DNA of 64,000 nucleotides, taken from Bigelowiella natans CCMP2755. Its lineage: Eukaryota > Protista > Cercozoa. The DNA is taken from contig ADNK01001577.1 in assembly GCA_000320545.1 (NCBI GenBank), positions 1 through 64,000 on the forward strand. The letters run 5' to 3'. Below the pieces are notes generated by a model that searched no databases, was not told where the DNA came from, and saw nothing but the letters and a program-made list of their open reading frames with translations. Both the position numbers and the translations under genes were made by a program. Position 1 is the stretch's first letter. Each line of letters starts with the position of its first letter. This document shows, in pieces, positions 47,269-59,446 of the stretch.

Positions 47269-47758
47269 TGCTTCAATTCTTGCAGGAATCGAAACATGCG
47301 AAACCGTGAAATCTCCGGGTTTCGCCTAAAGTTTTGGGCTACACTGCGCTCCAACAATTGCATGCATGCTTCAGCAGGTCACCATGCATCACTTGATGAA
47401 CACGCACGGCACCTCCGCTCATGATTTGCACAGCTACATGAGGATGGAGACCATTGAACAAACATAATTTGATTCATTACATCCTTCTTACATTTGGCAT
47501 GTTGATTGTTATTGCATATGTGCGTTGAGAACCGCACGCACCAGCCTCTGTACACAGCCACCTTATCATTCACAAAAATTAAAAATACTCGTAATGGGCC
47601 GGAAAATCCGATTTTGACAATGCTAGTCGTTATAGTTGGATGACAAATTGGGACCCCTTTCGCAGCAACTCCATCGTGCAAACATCGAGGCAACATACTG
47701 CCCACAATGGGCCAATCGTGGTTTTTCGAGCGAGAGGACTACCGAACAACAAGTCACA

Positions 47759-48955
47759 TCAGAGTTTGTATGAAATATTATTACAAAACTCAGATCCTCC
47801 GTCTACATGTAGAAAGTCTGCATCGTCGCCCTCTAATTTGAAACTTATGTGATGATCAGAATTGAATGGGTCGGAATCAGCTTTTGCAAGTTTTTCTAGT
47901 TCTTTAGTTGACCTCTCTATGACTAGCTTTGTTTTCTACATTGCCATCACACCAAGCAGCCATCGCATGTGATTTGTATCGTTTAGATATAGTGGATCGG
48001 AACAGAAGCAAGTGTAGTAATCATCATCTGTGGATTTCTTGAACCCCACAATCCTGAAAAACTCTCCGTTGAACAGTAAGCCTATCTTGAGATCGTTCTC
48101 ATTAGAATAATCTTTCTCGTTGCCGCTTTCTACATAGCTAAGCAATTGTCCCAGGACTCCGTTCGATTTCAGATTGTTGTCTGCCTTCTTGAATTAAATT
48201 GGAATGACCGGCGGAAGTGAAAGCGTCTCGCCGATAGAAACACACAGCACAGCATCTGGTTTCAGCATTGAATGTTTAGGCGATACTTCTCTTGTGGAAT
48301 ACGATTTTCCGGTCAGGCCATAGTGCCTATTTGTGCTTTCTAACGTAGTATCAGGACGCAAAGCTTGATGAATACGATGATCAAATTTTATAGTAATGGA
48401 GATATTTTCTTCACTAAAGAATCTCTTTTTACGTGGGCTGATGACGTTCCGATATAAATCTTCGACTTCGCTTTCTTTACTTCTGTTGTAGACCATGTTG
48501 TCGAAACTGTACACATCGCTATCACGTTCGGTATCTGGCAGCTCAAATATTTTGTAATCTTCGGCTGGAACGTCCACTACATAGTCTACCATGGATTGGA
48601 AAGCTGAACAATAGGAACTTGAGAACGCGTTTTCTTTACTAGGTTCATCAACTTTGAATATCTTGTCATTTTGTTTCCGCTCCTCTACCACATTTTGCAT
48701 GTGTGTATCTTTGATATCCTCAAACGAGGGTTTTACACGGGCACTGGAGGTAGGAAAACGGATGGGTTGAGTGTGATCAACACTATAGCTCCGACCAAAT
48801 TGAAAGGTGACAACGGAACTGTCAACTTTGGGTACACGGTGTCTACATCTGGAAGCCATTGAAACAAGCGAATGGAACGGCCCTGCCTTGGCAGCCATGT
48901 AGGAAGGTTTTCTTGAATAAAGAAAACGAGAATATCCAATAGGAGAACGAAACAT
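47759..48955 (-). pseudogene. Crinkler-type PD-(D/E)xK restriction-endonuclease-fold gene with two in-frame stops
   Basis: ORFs 48194..49012 and 47936..48145 share a frame: KPDAVLCV...PVIPI*FKK...GVLGQLLSYV...KIGLLFNGEFF. TAA 48194-48196 sits at the ExK Glu position. After TAG 47936-47938 the frame stays open to TGA 47759-47761. Confidence 0.7.
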
Positions 48956-49495
48956 CGTGAAGGAGCTTTTATGGGCTAGATAGTAGTAGTATCCTTTGAG
49001 ATTTGAGTGCAAACATAATGCTTAGCCAGCCATTGTGATAAGCAGTAGCAGTTAAAGTTGTAGCTACTTCAATGGAGGCTCACATCTTCAGTCCAAGCGA
49101 ATGCAGGCCATTTTATTTGATAACTATACTGTTCTCTTGTGACGCAGTCACTTTTGTGCTTCAACATTGTTATCAACGTCCTTTGACACTTGATAGCGCT
49201 CGGTGATGAAGAAGAGACAAGTGTCACGCACTCCCAATCTTGCAGATACTGATTAGTTTCTGAATCGGACGTATTGTGTTGCCGAATTGTAACAAAATGC
49301 CTTCAATTGCTACCTAACGTTGATTATCGAGGATACATCGGGATCTGAATTGAATCTCCAGACATTATTACCTCAAAGGCGAATGGATGAATGACGAAGT
49401 ATAGATAACGACTGATTCCTTTGGAGATAATCTCAGACGCAGTGCAATTTTCTCTGAAGTGATTTGGATTTGGTCAAATCAACTCAAGAAAGCTC

Positions 49496-49553
49496 AATTG
49501 ATAATACCAATCGACCAATCAGAGAATTGATGATACCAATCGACCAATCAGAG
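49496..49553. promoter_or_regulatory. 29-bp tandem duplication carrying four CCAAT boxes in the divergent intergenic region
   Basis: aattgataataccaatcgaccaatcagag followed by aattgatgataccaatcgaccaatcagag (1 mismatch), midway between head-to-head genes. Confidence 0.6.
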
Positions 49554-50066
49554 CTTTCACCCGAGGGAAGTGGCCCTCGTACCAACGCTATTGCGCGACA
49601 CGGCATCTTCGAGTACAGATGCTGTTGGTGAAATGTCGAAAAGAAATGGCGTTTTCCCATGACGACATGTATTAATTTCCTACCAGAAAACTAAAACGGC
49701 TCATGAACAGAAGAACCCTCACATGTCAGGAGCACTGCACTTACGAGGGACGAGTACCAACTGAGGACAGACCAAATTGCAGGCCAATTCAGTCTTTGCG
49801 ACATCCTTTTTCTGTCAGATCCATCTGAGCCATTTGATTCCGATTCATCGGCTAGCTAGACAAAACAATAGACTTAACTTGACTATCTATATGGAGAATT
49901 TCTAGATCGTTTTTGGTTTACAGATTAGCTTAAATATGATCTCACAATTTTATATTCAATTGTAATAGGTTATATTGGCGATATAATTTAAACTGATCAA
50001 TAATTTAAACTGAAGCCTAACTGACAACGCCCTCTCTCCTCGCCTGGCAACTATGCTGGGCCACGG

Positions 50067-51698
50067 ATGGTTTCGAAGCTTTTAGTTAGACGATTCAAAA
50101 GGCTTCCAGGTTCTACATCCGGTTATTCGCACGCTCATAAAGCTTGGAAAGAAAATTTCAATCGCTTTAAAGAACTACATTATGGTTGGGTGCACAGTGA
50201 CAACCGCCTTGCTGAGCTTGAAAAAAGGATCCAGCAAAGAGAAGATGGGATTGAGAACACCTCGACTGAGTTCAAAAACATTGAAAAATTGAAGGAAGAG
50301 TTTCAGGTTGTAGCGAATGAGGCGAAGGAGAAGCTGCAAAAATCAAGAGACTATAGAGAGGTCGTTCTAGAATCAGCATACGAGACGTGCTGCCGTATCC
50401 AAGACAGGGAAGTTTGGTGGAAGCCAATAGATCCACAAAGCATAACAACAGCAAATGAAGTAATAGTCAGTAGTTCAGCAACCTCAGCAAATGATAAGGA
50501 GTCGTACAGTTTGCAAAAATTGAGACAGATCTGCAACTTGGTCCTCCAGCCAGCTGCTGATGGTTTTCATCTCGTCGATTTCAGAAAGGAATTTTTTTTC
50601 TCAGAGTTCTTGCTTTTACCTTGTTCGTATTTTCAATCAGTACGTTTTATCGTCGGACCCATAATATTGTCAGAGACAAAAAATGGATGTTTCAGTGAGA
50701 AGCAAATGGCGAAAGTTTTCCAGGATGTTCTTACAATACATCATAATGCAATTCATCGAAGAAGATTCGGAGCCATGCTTTGGGACGGACAGTATGGTCA
50801 ATGCCTTGAAATAGCACCTGCGCCTCGTGGATTCAAATGTATTCGGTCTCCTGTGTTGGACAGTACGAAGTCAACGGATAGGCAGCTGTTGGTCGGTTTT
50901 TTGTCTTCAAGTGAGACGTGGGGATGGAACACCTACAAAAGCGTAGAAAAATTAGGTTGCAAGGAACCATTTGGCATTGGAATAAGTGCCATAGTATTCG
51001 AGCATATCCACAGTGATGGTATTGTGAAGGTTCAATTTCATGGATGGGAACATAGCATTCATGAGGAGCGGGAAATCTTGCGCCAATTGGAGAACATGAA
51101 ATCGGACTTAATTCCAAATTTGAGCGAGTACGACGAGGATGGCAGCGATCACCTTGTGATGCACCCCATAAGATATCCCACAAGAGAAATAATTCCATTA
51201 TCTCATGTCGCAGCTTTGGTCATTGGTTGTCTTAAAGAGTTACACCAAGAAGGATACGTTCACTACGACCTGAAACCTGAGAATCTAATGTGGAAATACG
51301 ATGCGAATGAAGTTTCGATGGAAGAAAATGAACTTGCAATTGTAGACTTTCATACCATGCGAAAAATGAAAGATCGCTTTGTTCCTAGACATGGAACACC
51401 TACGTTTACCGCAGAAGAGGTGCATATCGCAGGATTGGAGGAAATGTCATCTCTCCGTCTCCGTCGCATGATTTGGAAACGATTGTCAAAGTTTTGTTAT
51501 TTGTTGTCTTTGCCTAGGAATGAGGCTTTGTCATTTCATAAAAAGACGGGAAAATTAGCAACAGTTCCCTACAAGCTGATCAATTTCTGGATATCCAGGC
51601 TGGAAGATAGTGCTCCATGGTCATGCATGCTGTCGGCAGCTCGATCATGAAATCACGCAAAACTTGCAAGTCTCATTCGGAAAGAACTGTGTTCATAA
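50067..51698 (+). pseudogene. Crinkler-type coiled-coil + degenerate REase + protein kinase gene, probably disabled
   Basis: REase-like SETK..F...QMAKV...HRRRFGAMLWDG. Kinase motifs GIGISAIVF, IVKV, EREIL, VHYDLKPENL, IVDF, GTPTF. The subdomain IX-like PSHDLETIVK lies in another frame (51467-51481). TGA 51648-51650 reads through to TAA 51696-51698. Confidence 0.7.
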
Positions 51699-52576
51699 CA
51701 CTTCGCTGAAGATGTTCAAACTTTACGCTGTTTGCAAGTAAAAAAAAGAAATTGCAAACTGACATCAGCGTACGCATGATTGCATGATCGCATCACATCT
51801 TTTTGGCATTTTGCACACCTCCACAATAGTCCACATCGTAGTGTTCATGTAGCAGTGCGAACACAAGCGATCGCTAGCGCGCACCTCATGGCATTTTAGT
51901 ATTATCCAAATGGGCCATACTAGGGCCAAATCACATCGCAGCGTGAAAGCTAGCTCTGGAGCTAGCTAGCGCATCACATGAACATGCAATGGATGTGCAC
52001 ATTTGCATTGCAAATGCAGCTACACATATGAGTATAGGATGACTATTGAACAAATTTAATTGATTAATTGCATCCGTCTCATTACATTTGCACGCCACAT
52101 GTGAATCGTTTTATAGCGTGCTTTTAGCCAACAAACGCGCACTTCATCTACTAGCTACGTACGCCATGCAATGCTCGATGTGATCTTACACAAATACATG
52201 GACATAATAAAAAATCGATTGTTTTGCTGTGGAGTTAGGGAAACGAGATTAATGATGCGAGCATCCATTCGTGTTGGAATGCCACGAAACGAATGAAAAA
52301 ATGCATGTCAGCGAGCACTGAAGCCTCTTATTGCGGGAGATTATTCCGACTAGGTATTTCTATGGCAAAATGCTCATGAATTTCGAATGCCAACCTTTAC
52401 CGGCAAGATAATGATCAAAGATATGTACGATGAGGTCTTTATCTTAACAAAAACAGGAACCTGGCAATTCACCAAGACGGCAATCCAAAACTAATCGTGA
52501 TTGTCCCCGCGTGAAAAAATTTTGGCTTCCAAGCTGCCTAGCTTGCTTCCCCGAAGAAATTAAGTTCGTTTCCTCT

Positions 52577-55500
52577 TCAGCTCCGGAGGAAATTTATCTT
52601 TCTAATACGCATGGTGAAGATCTTCCGCGTGCGGTGCGCAACGAACAGAGCACGGGAGGCTTCCCGATCGTCCTTAACAGCTGTGTGGTCAACTTCGTAT
52701 ATTTGCATGCCCCTTCGGATGCCTTGCGCCTCTGCCTGCGAATCCGCATCCACATTCATGACGATGAGTCGCTTGTATGAGAACCCAACGTAGCCGGCCG
52801 TGAACATGTAAACGTCCTCATTCGCTTTCTCAGCACTATTCGGCGCCGCGCAGCAACACCATGCCAGGGGAAGGAAGCACAGGGCCTCGAGAATGGCAAT
52901 CTGGAGGATGCGGAAGCAAAAGTCCTGTCCGAAGGACAGGAACGTGCTCTCCAGCCAGACCGCCGCATTGAATTTCATCTTCCATGATAGCACAGAGGTG
53001 ATGAAGCAACAGCCTAGGATTACAGTGATTCCCAGCGCGAAGCCTATCCTGTCCCATTTCGTCCACACGTGATTGTCATCAGGCTCCTCCTCTTCCCGAA
53101 CGCCCTCTCCTGCTTTGGACCTGCTGGACCTGGCGGGGGTGAACACCATGTTGCCGGTGCGCTTCGATACAAACATCTTGCGTTTGCGCCGAAGCTCCTT
53201 CTTTTCGCGATCATCACTTAAAACCCCTTCTCCTCCTCCTCCTCCTCCTCCCCCTAGATTGAATCGTTTGCTACTGCTTCCCCCGTGCGATGCCAGCAAG
53301 TTTTGGTTGGAGGTCGTAGGTACATCTGACACCTTTGGAGAGGACTCCTCGCTTGGGTTGCTGCCTTCAGGACCGCTAGTAGGAGTAGCCCCTGAGCAGA
53401 GAGATATAGATAGGCAGATATCGGGCAACCACACACGAAAACATAAATAACGAAAGATTAGGTACTTTCTCTTCCATACATTTCAACCGCATAAGTAGCA
53501 TCCCAAACTCTCCCTCCCCCCTTTCCTCTTTCTCTCTCTTTCTCTCTCTGCTTCCTACAACAGTAACCTGGAAGAGAAAAGTTGTGGTTTTGCAGGTTGA
53601 GCTCAAGCCTGTCGGCCTGTGAGTCAGCTGAGTGATCTTCACTCCCAACAAGCACCTCATCCGATACAACCGTCGATGAAAGCTCCGGGTTCGCACTGCG
53701 TTTTTGCTCATGACAATTACGGCGTCCAGATAATTCGTTCGGTCTGGAGAGCGCGGATTTTGCTGCTGCTTCCCGTCCCTCCATGGCCTTTCTCTCCTTG
53801 GCGGGGAGCGCCGGCAACACGCCGCCAGCAATTGTGCGCGATCTCGCCTTAAATGGCTCTGCTTCATTAGAGTCATGAGTCTCGGAGCTTGCCGGGAGAA
53901 CGTATAGCAAGCCTGCCTCTTTGGCTGCTGATTTTGCTTTATCTTCCCTCTCCCCCTTCGATTTTGACAAGAAGTTCTCACCGCCAGTGGCTGCAACGGC
54001 TCCGGTCGTAATGGCGAGGCCCAGGGACCTAGTGTGCTTTGCATCTCCTCCATCTTCATCACTGTCAGATGATTCGCCTTGATCTTTGTTGTGCTCATCG
54101 TCGTCAGCTTCGTCCAGATTATCATCGCCGTCCTCCTCCTCGGCGTCCATCCCTTCCCCGTCGTCATCCCCGCCCCCCATGTCCTCGATCATCAGCTCTC
54201 CGCCAAGGAGTCCGGAGAGGAGCAGCATCCAGCCGAAACAAGAGGAAAGATGGTCCTGCCCGACTACGCTTACCGCAAGATGCTTTGGAACATGACGACG
54301 AAACACCGTTGTCATCGTGATGGGAATCGGTAGTGCCATTAACATCGCTATAAGAGCAGTAGAGACCCCCACGCCCATCATAGGCAGCTGCTGCTCTTGC
54401 CCGACTAGCAGCGCGCACAAAGCCATCGTGTTGAAAACCAGCACCGTGAGGATGAGAATGCGCTTCATGGAGGTCACGAAGTCGCCGGGATGGCGAATGC
54501 ACAGAGCCATCCACGGGTGCTTCCTCCGCAACGACCAATACGAAACCTCCCTGAAGGTTTTGAGCGATCTTGCCATGCTCTGCACTCGGATCTTGCGCTG
54601 GTAGTTGAAGTCTCTCCAGAAGTCCACGGAGAAGTTGTCGTCGCTTGATTGGATATGAGAGTCGTAGAAGTACGTGGCCACGAGCGCCAGGACGGCTAAT
54701 CCGATGATGGATATCGAGGCTATGAATACCGTATTTCCAAGCGAGAACACGTCCTCGTTTACATCGTCCTCACCGAACGTATTGACGCCGACACTCAATC
54801 GCATGTGCACGGAAAACATCGTCAGGTGCGACGATTTGCAGTTAATCTGCTGCTCATTACCCGACGCCGTCGCGTTAGTTTGCAAGCCGCTTTCGGACCA
54901 CGACTTAGACGTTTCGTCCCAGAATACGCAGGTGGGAGCACGGGGGCCATTTACTGATAATGAGGAGGCTGCAGATGGCATTGCGCCAGCCGCTGCTGGA
55001 GTAGCAAGAGAAATCCGAAAAGCGTCGGATGAGTCCAACCCGGTCACGTTGAGTATCTGGCCTTCCTGCGTCTCAAGCTCCACGGCCATTGTTCCACCTA
55101 TATCACTCGCATTGATTCGCTCTTGATTAGCCGTCTTCTCCGCGTACAGCCCCCCCGCCCCGCCAATCGACACCAGACTCACTCCCAAGCTTCCATCGTC
55201 GTCAGAGGAGGAAGCGGCCGAGGTGGAGGCGCTACGAAGTATTGCCAGGAGGGCGCTTTCGCTTGGCAGCTGAATAGAGGAGTTTTGGCTTGTGGTATAG
55301 CGTTTCTCTCCCAGAGATGCTATTGGAAGCCGTTGCGTTAGAACCTCCAAGATAGAAGAGCTGATGGTTTGTGCCTCCTCCCCTGTCTTCGCATTCTTTA
55401 AGCTGCCTCTCGCCAGCTTCGAGAGGCTAGTCTCCACCTGTAGATGTTCAAAAGGAGAATGAGTTTTCAATAATACAAATCCCCTGGTGGGGCGCGAAAG

Positions 55501-57411
55501 CAGGAGAAAGTCAAGAGAAATGACGAGCCTCACGTCCATCTTACGCTATGTGAATGCGGATGAGATGTAGAATGTGTGTTGCTATTTTAGAAGTCGTTTG
55601 TGTCTCCGCCGCTGCCACCGCCGGAGTCGTATCGTTATCTATCTTCCAACCAAAATCGCTAGCTTAAAACTCACCTGTTCCGTAAGAGCAGTGCGCTGGC
55701 CTAAGGCACCATTCTCATCTTCACTGTTTTGAATGAAGGAAATGACGCCGCTAACGGCGGAAGCGATGTTGGTGGAAATCTCGTCGGAGAACGTATTGAG
55801 CGCGTCGTCGTTGAGAGTCTCAACCGCGCTGATGATTGATTCGCACGCCTCTGCATCTAGCTCGCTCGGCCCCCCGCTCGAGTCCGTCTGCGCGGCACTA
55901 CGAGCCATCTCCGAAGGCAGCCTGACCTGAAGTTCCTCTGTCCCAAGTTTTCGCGCGCTTAAGTACGTTTGCAGCGTAGATGCCATGCTGCGCCGAATAC
56001 TCACCCTCGTGGCGGTGTTGACCGCGCTATCGCTTGCTCCTTCTAGGTACGATGCGAGGCCGGTCATGACCACGGCCGCTGCAGCGGGGTCTCCAGAGAG
56101 GGCGCTCTCGTTCATAGCCTTCTCAAGATCTGAGATTTTAACGGGCGTCAGCACCGGCTGCGTGACGCTCACCGAAACATTGACCGGCGCTGCGAACGCG
56201 CGGTAGTAGTCCGCAACGTGAATTCTAATGGTGAGGGGGGAGGGTGTTCCAGGGTTGGCTGCTGCCTTCGCGGGGGAGGGCAGCAACGTGCTGCAGCTGG
56301 AGTAGACGCCAAGAGGGCAGAGTATAGACGGAAGAGCCGTCTCCGTTCCGGTAGTCCTTTCGGGAAGGAGGAGAGCTTCAAAGGCATATCTGATTGGAAC
56401 GTCAGTATCTGCCCAGCCGCTGCACGAAAAGGTGAATTGCGTCTCGAGGGCGTCCCCAGAGCTCCTGTCGCTGCTGCATGCGCCGCCGGTTGGGGCGCTG
56501 TTGGTTGTGAAGGCTATGGTCGCGACGGAAGAAGAGCCTCCGGCCAGAGCTGTCGTAGTGGCCGAGAACACGTAGGAAGTGCCCTGTCACATAGCAAACG
56601 ATTCCGGGGGCATGCGTGTTGATATTAGTATACGCGCATTGCATGTACCGGGCTTCCCATGAACTTACGTGATGCGAATTCGCTCGTTAAAAAATATTTA
56701 AGCGTGGGCTTGCGCGCGCGCGTGTGTATGTGTATTTAATTGTCAAATCCCGACTAACAAGTGCCTCCTCAGCCTAGTCTTCCCCCCCCTCTCTTCATAC
56801 TACTACTACTACTACTACCGGAAGCAGAGCATTCGGTCTGAACACAAGCGAAGGGGAGTTGATGCCGGTCCTCAGCGTTTGACTCCTCGTCGCACCGTCG
56901 TTGAGGTCCAGCCCGCCAGCGCTGCAGCCCCACACCACACTCAGCCTACTCACGGCAACGTTGTCCGATTTGAGAGTGAGCGAGATTTTGTCGCTTGCGG
57001 CAGGGGGGTTCGGTCCCGTGGCATCGATCTGGATGCTGACGGTGGGTGCCTCTGACTGTGCGGCGAAGATGAGCTGATGTGCTTCGGAGCTGCGGGGCGT
57101 TTCGAGGCCCCTGCTGTCTTTGAGAGGGATCCCCGTGAGCTGCAAGGTGAGGCGATACTGCGTATTCGGCGTGAGGCCGTCCGATGGCACGTACGCTTTC
57201 AAAGGATTCGTGGCGTCCGTGGTCTATTGTTGGAGACAATGGTTGTTTGATCATGGGCGCGGTTAGTGATAATCATTAGATGATGCGGAAAAACTGAAAT
57301 ATTATCAACCTAAAGGGGACCCTTGAGGACACTCATACGTATAAATGAGGCCTCAAACACCTACATACCCCTCCCCCTCCAAGAATCCCCCGAACTCTCT
57401 CTCTATTTCTC

Positions 57412-57451
<40 letters not shown>

Positions 57452-59446
57452 GTACAAAATTTGATATATGTATCTATTTGAGGAGTCCCTCAGCAAAACC
57501 AACCACGGCTGGCGAACTGCCGCCGCCAAGAGCTTGAAGCGTCCAGTTTGCCAGCGGCGTCTTCGTCCTATTGGCAGGGTCAAAGGAGGCCTCCCCCGAA
57601 AAGATAATTTTGTATCCAGGGCTGCTGCTGGATGTAGCAACAGTCCTGTTCGCACCTCCTCGGATAGCAGCATAGACACTGCGCTGTCTCACAGCCAGGA
57701 CAACGACCTTGCTTGAATTTCCAAGGAGCGTCGGCGATTGCAAACCACCACCACCACCAGCAGCCGCAATAGCAATATCTTCGGACGATGCGGAGACTTC
57801 AAAAGCGTAACGCTGACCCATGCGCAGGTTGCTAGGGGCTATGCTCAGCAATGAGGCGGACTGTGATGAGGCGAGGGTGATGATGTGGTCGCTAACGTTA
57901 CTGGCAAACTGGGTTCCCAGAAGCAAATCCGAGCTTCCGAACACTTGCCTCCACCCCCTCACCCCGGTGCGGACTAGGGCATTGCCCTGTAGGCACGGTG
58001 CAGGCGTCGCCGAAGCCGAGACCGATACCGTATCGCTTGCATCAACCCATAACATCTGCACTGCTGCATCACCAAGCCCCCCCCCGAGTGCGATTCTAGG
58101 CTGTTTTATGCACTCTGACGGTGCAGTTGTCGCCGGGGACGCAGTGGCCGGATGGCTCGTGGGCGAGGCCGTCAGTAAAGCGGGGGAGGATGTTGCTGGA
58201 GACGCGGAAGGAGACGTCGAAGGAGCGTCACTCGGAAATGCCGTAGCTGGAGATTCCGACGGGCTGCTGGTTGGATTTTGTGAAGGATTGGTCGTTGGGT
58301 GTGTGGTACTGGGCGATATCGAAGGACTTGTGGTTGGCTGCGCACTGGGGGACACCGAAGGGCTTGTGGAAGCGACCGGCTGAGAGAGGGAGACGAAGGA
58401 GCAGGGAGTTAGTTGTGGGCCGGTGGGAATCAGAAACTTCACAATGCGATTGCATTGGCAATTGAGAGAAAAAGTATTTTCCAGGAAAAATGAAAAAAAT
58501 AAGAAACAAGTGACGCTATCCCAGAATGGTAAGCTTCTCGATAGCGTTTTAGATTTGGGGTCGCAAGAGACAGGTTATTATGAATATCATTTTGGAAATG
58601 CACAATGAATAAATCTGCAAATAAATTCTGACGGAATGAAATTCAGCCGAGAGAACTAAAATAGCATCGTTTGTTTGGCAGCATGAATTTTTCATCCCGC
58701 ACAGGTGAATAAAGTCAACAGGAAAAGTGGGAATCAACTTTAAGTACGAGCATTCGATTATAAGCCATGTTTTGTGCTGACTCAGCTACCTCGCAGACGC
58801 ATATTTTACTTATTGCATCGGTATATGAGCAATTCAACGCAACCCCTCGATTACAGTATCTAATAAAAAAAGGGAAAATGGCACTGAAACATTTGCAACT
58901 GAGTGTAAAAAACCGTGACCCTGTCGCGAAGGAGACATGATACGTTTGTATGGGGAAAAGTAGCACCAAGTATGCTTCTTTAATACTTACCGTTGCATCC
59001 CAGAGTAGTCATCATCGTAAGATTCTTTGCATTGCATCTTACCTCCTGACCAGGTGGTGCAGATAGTGGTGCAGGTATGCTTTGAACTGTCCCAATCATA
59101 AACCTCACACTCTGTGGCGGATTCAGCACACTTTTGGCCAGCGACAGTGCTGCTGAAGGATATATCGACCAAAGTGAATTCTGTGATGAGATCGCAGGCG
59201 CCTGTTGGTACGATGGAAGAGATTATAAAAAAGGAGACAATTAATCCAAAATGGTAAGTGTTCTCATGCCTAATCGTCAACACCAATCTCCCCATCACTC
59301 CTCGGGTGTTTCCCCCTTTGAATTGTAACTTCAGTGTTCGTACCCTTAATCTATTCGCTACATAATAATTCGAGACCTGCATCGGCTTCTGGTAGAGATA
59401 GGCAAAGCCAGAGAAGAAAGGCCAGCACCGACGCCATTTTCACCAT
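52577..59446 (-). CDS. Polycystin-1-like / adhesion-type receptor: signal peptide, mucin-like repeats, REJ module, GPS autoproteolysis site, multi-TM, C-terminal PDZ-like domain
   Basis: Signal MASVLAFLLWLCLSLPEADA; TxSPSxSP repeats (58130-58380); REJ motif NSAPTGGACS..GDALETQFTFSCSGWADTDVPIRYAF; GPS CVFWDETSKSWSESG..CKSSHLTMFSV; TM helices with KHPW..TSMKR; tail VGFSY..IVMNVDADSQAEAQGIRRGMQIYEVD. Confidence 0.85.

Noticed and set aside
49496-49553. CRISPR-like repeat
   Set aside because: Only two adjacent copies with no spacer, in a eukaryotic context with no cas genes.
53619-58383. Long plus-strand ORFs opposite the PKD-like gene (similarly opposite the proline-rich and DAO genes)
   Set aside because: Antisense shadows of GC-rich coding exons with no independent motifs.
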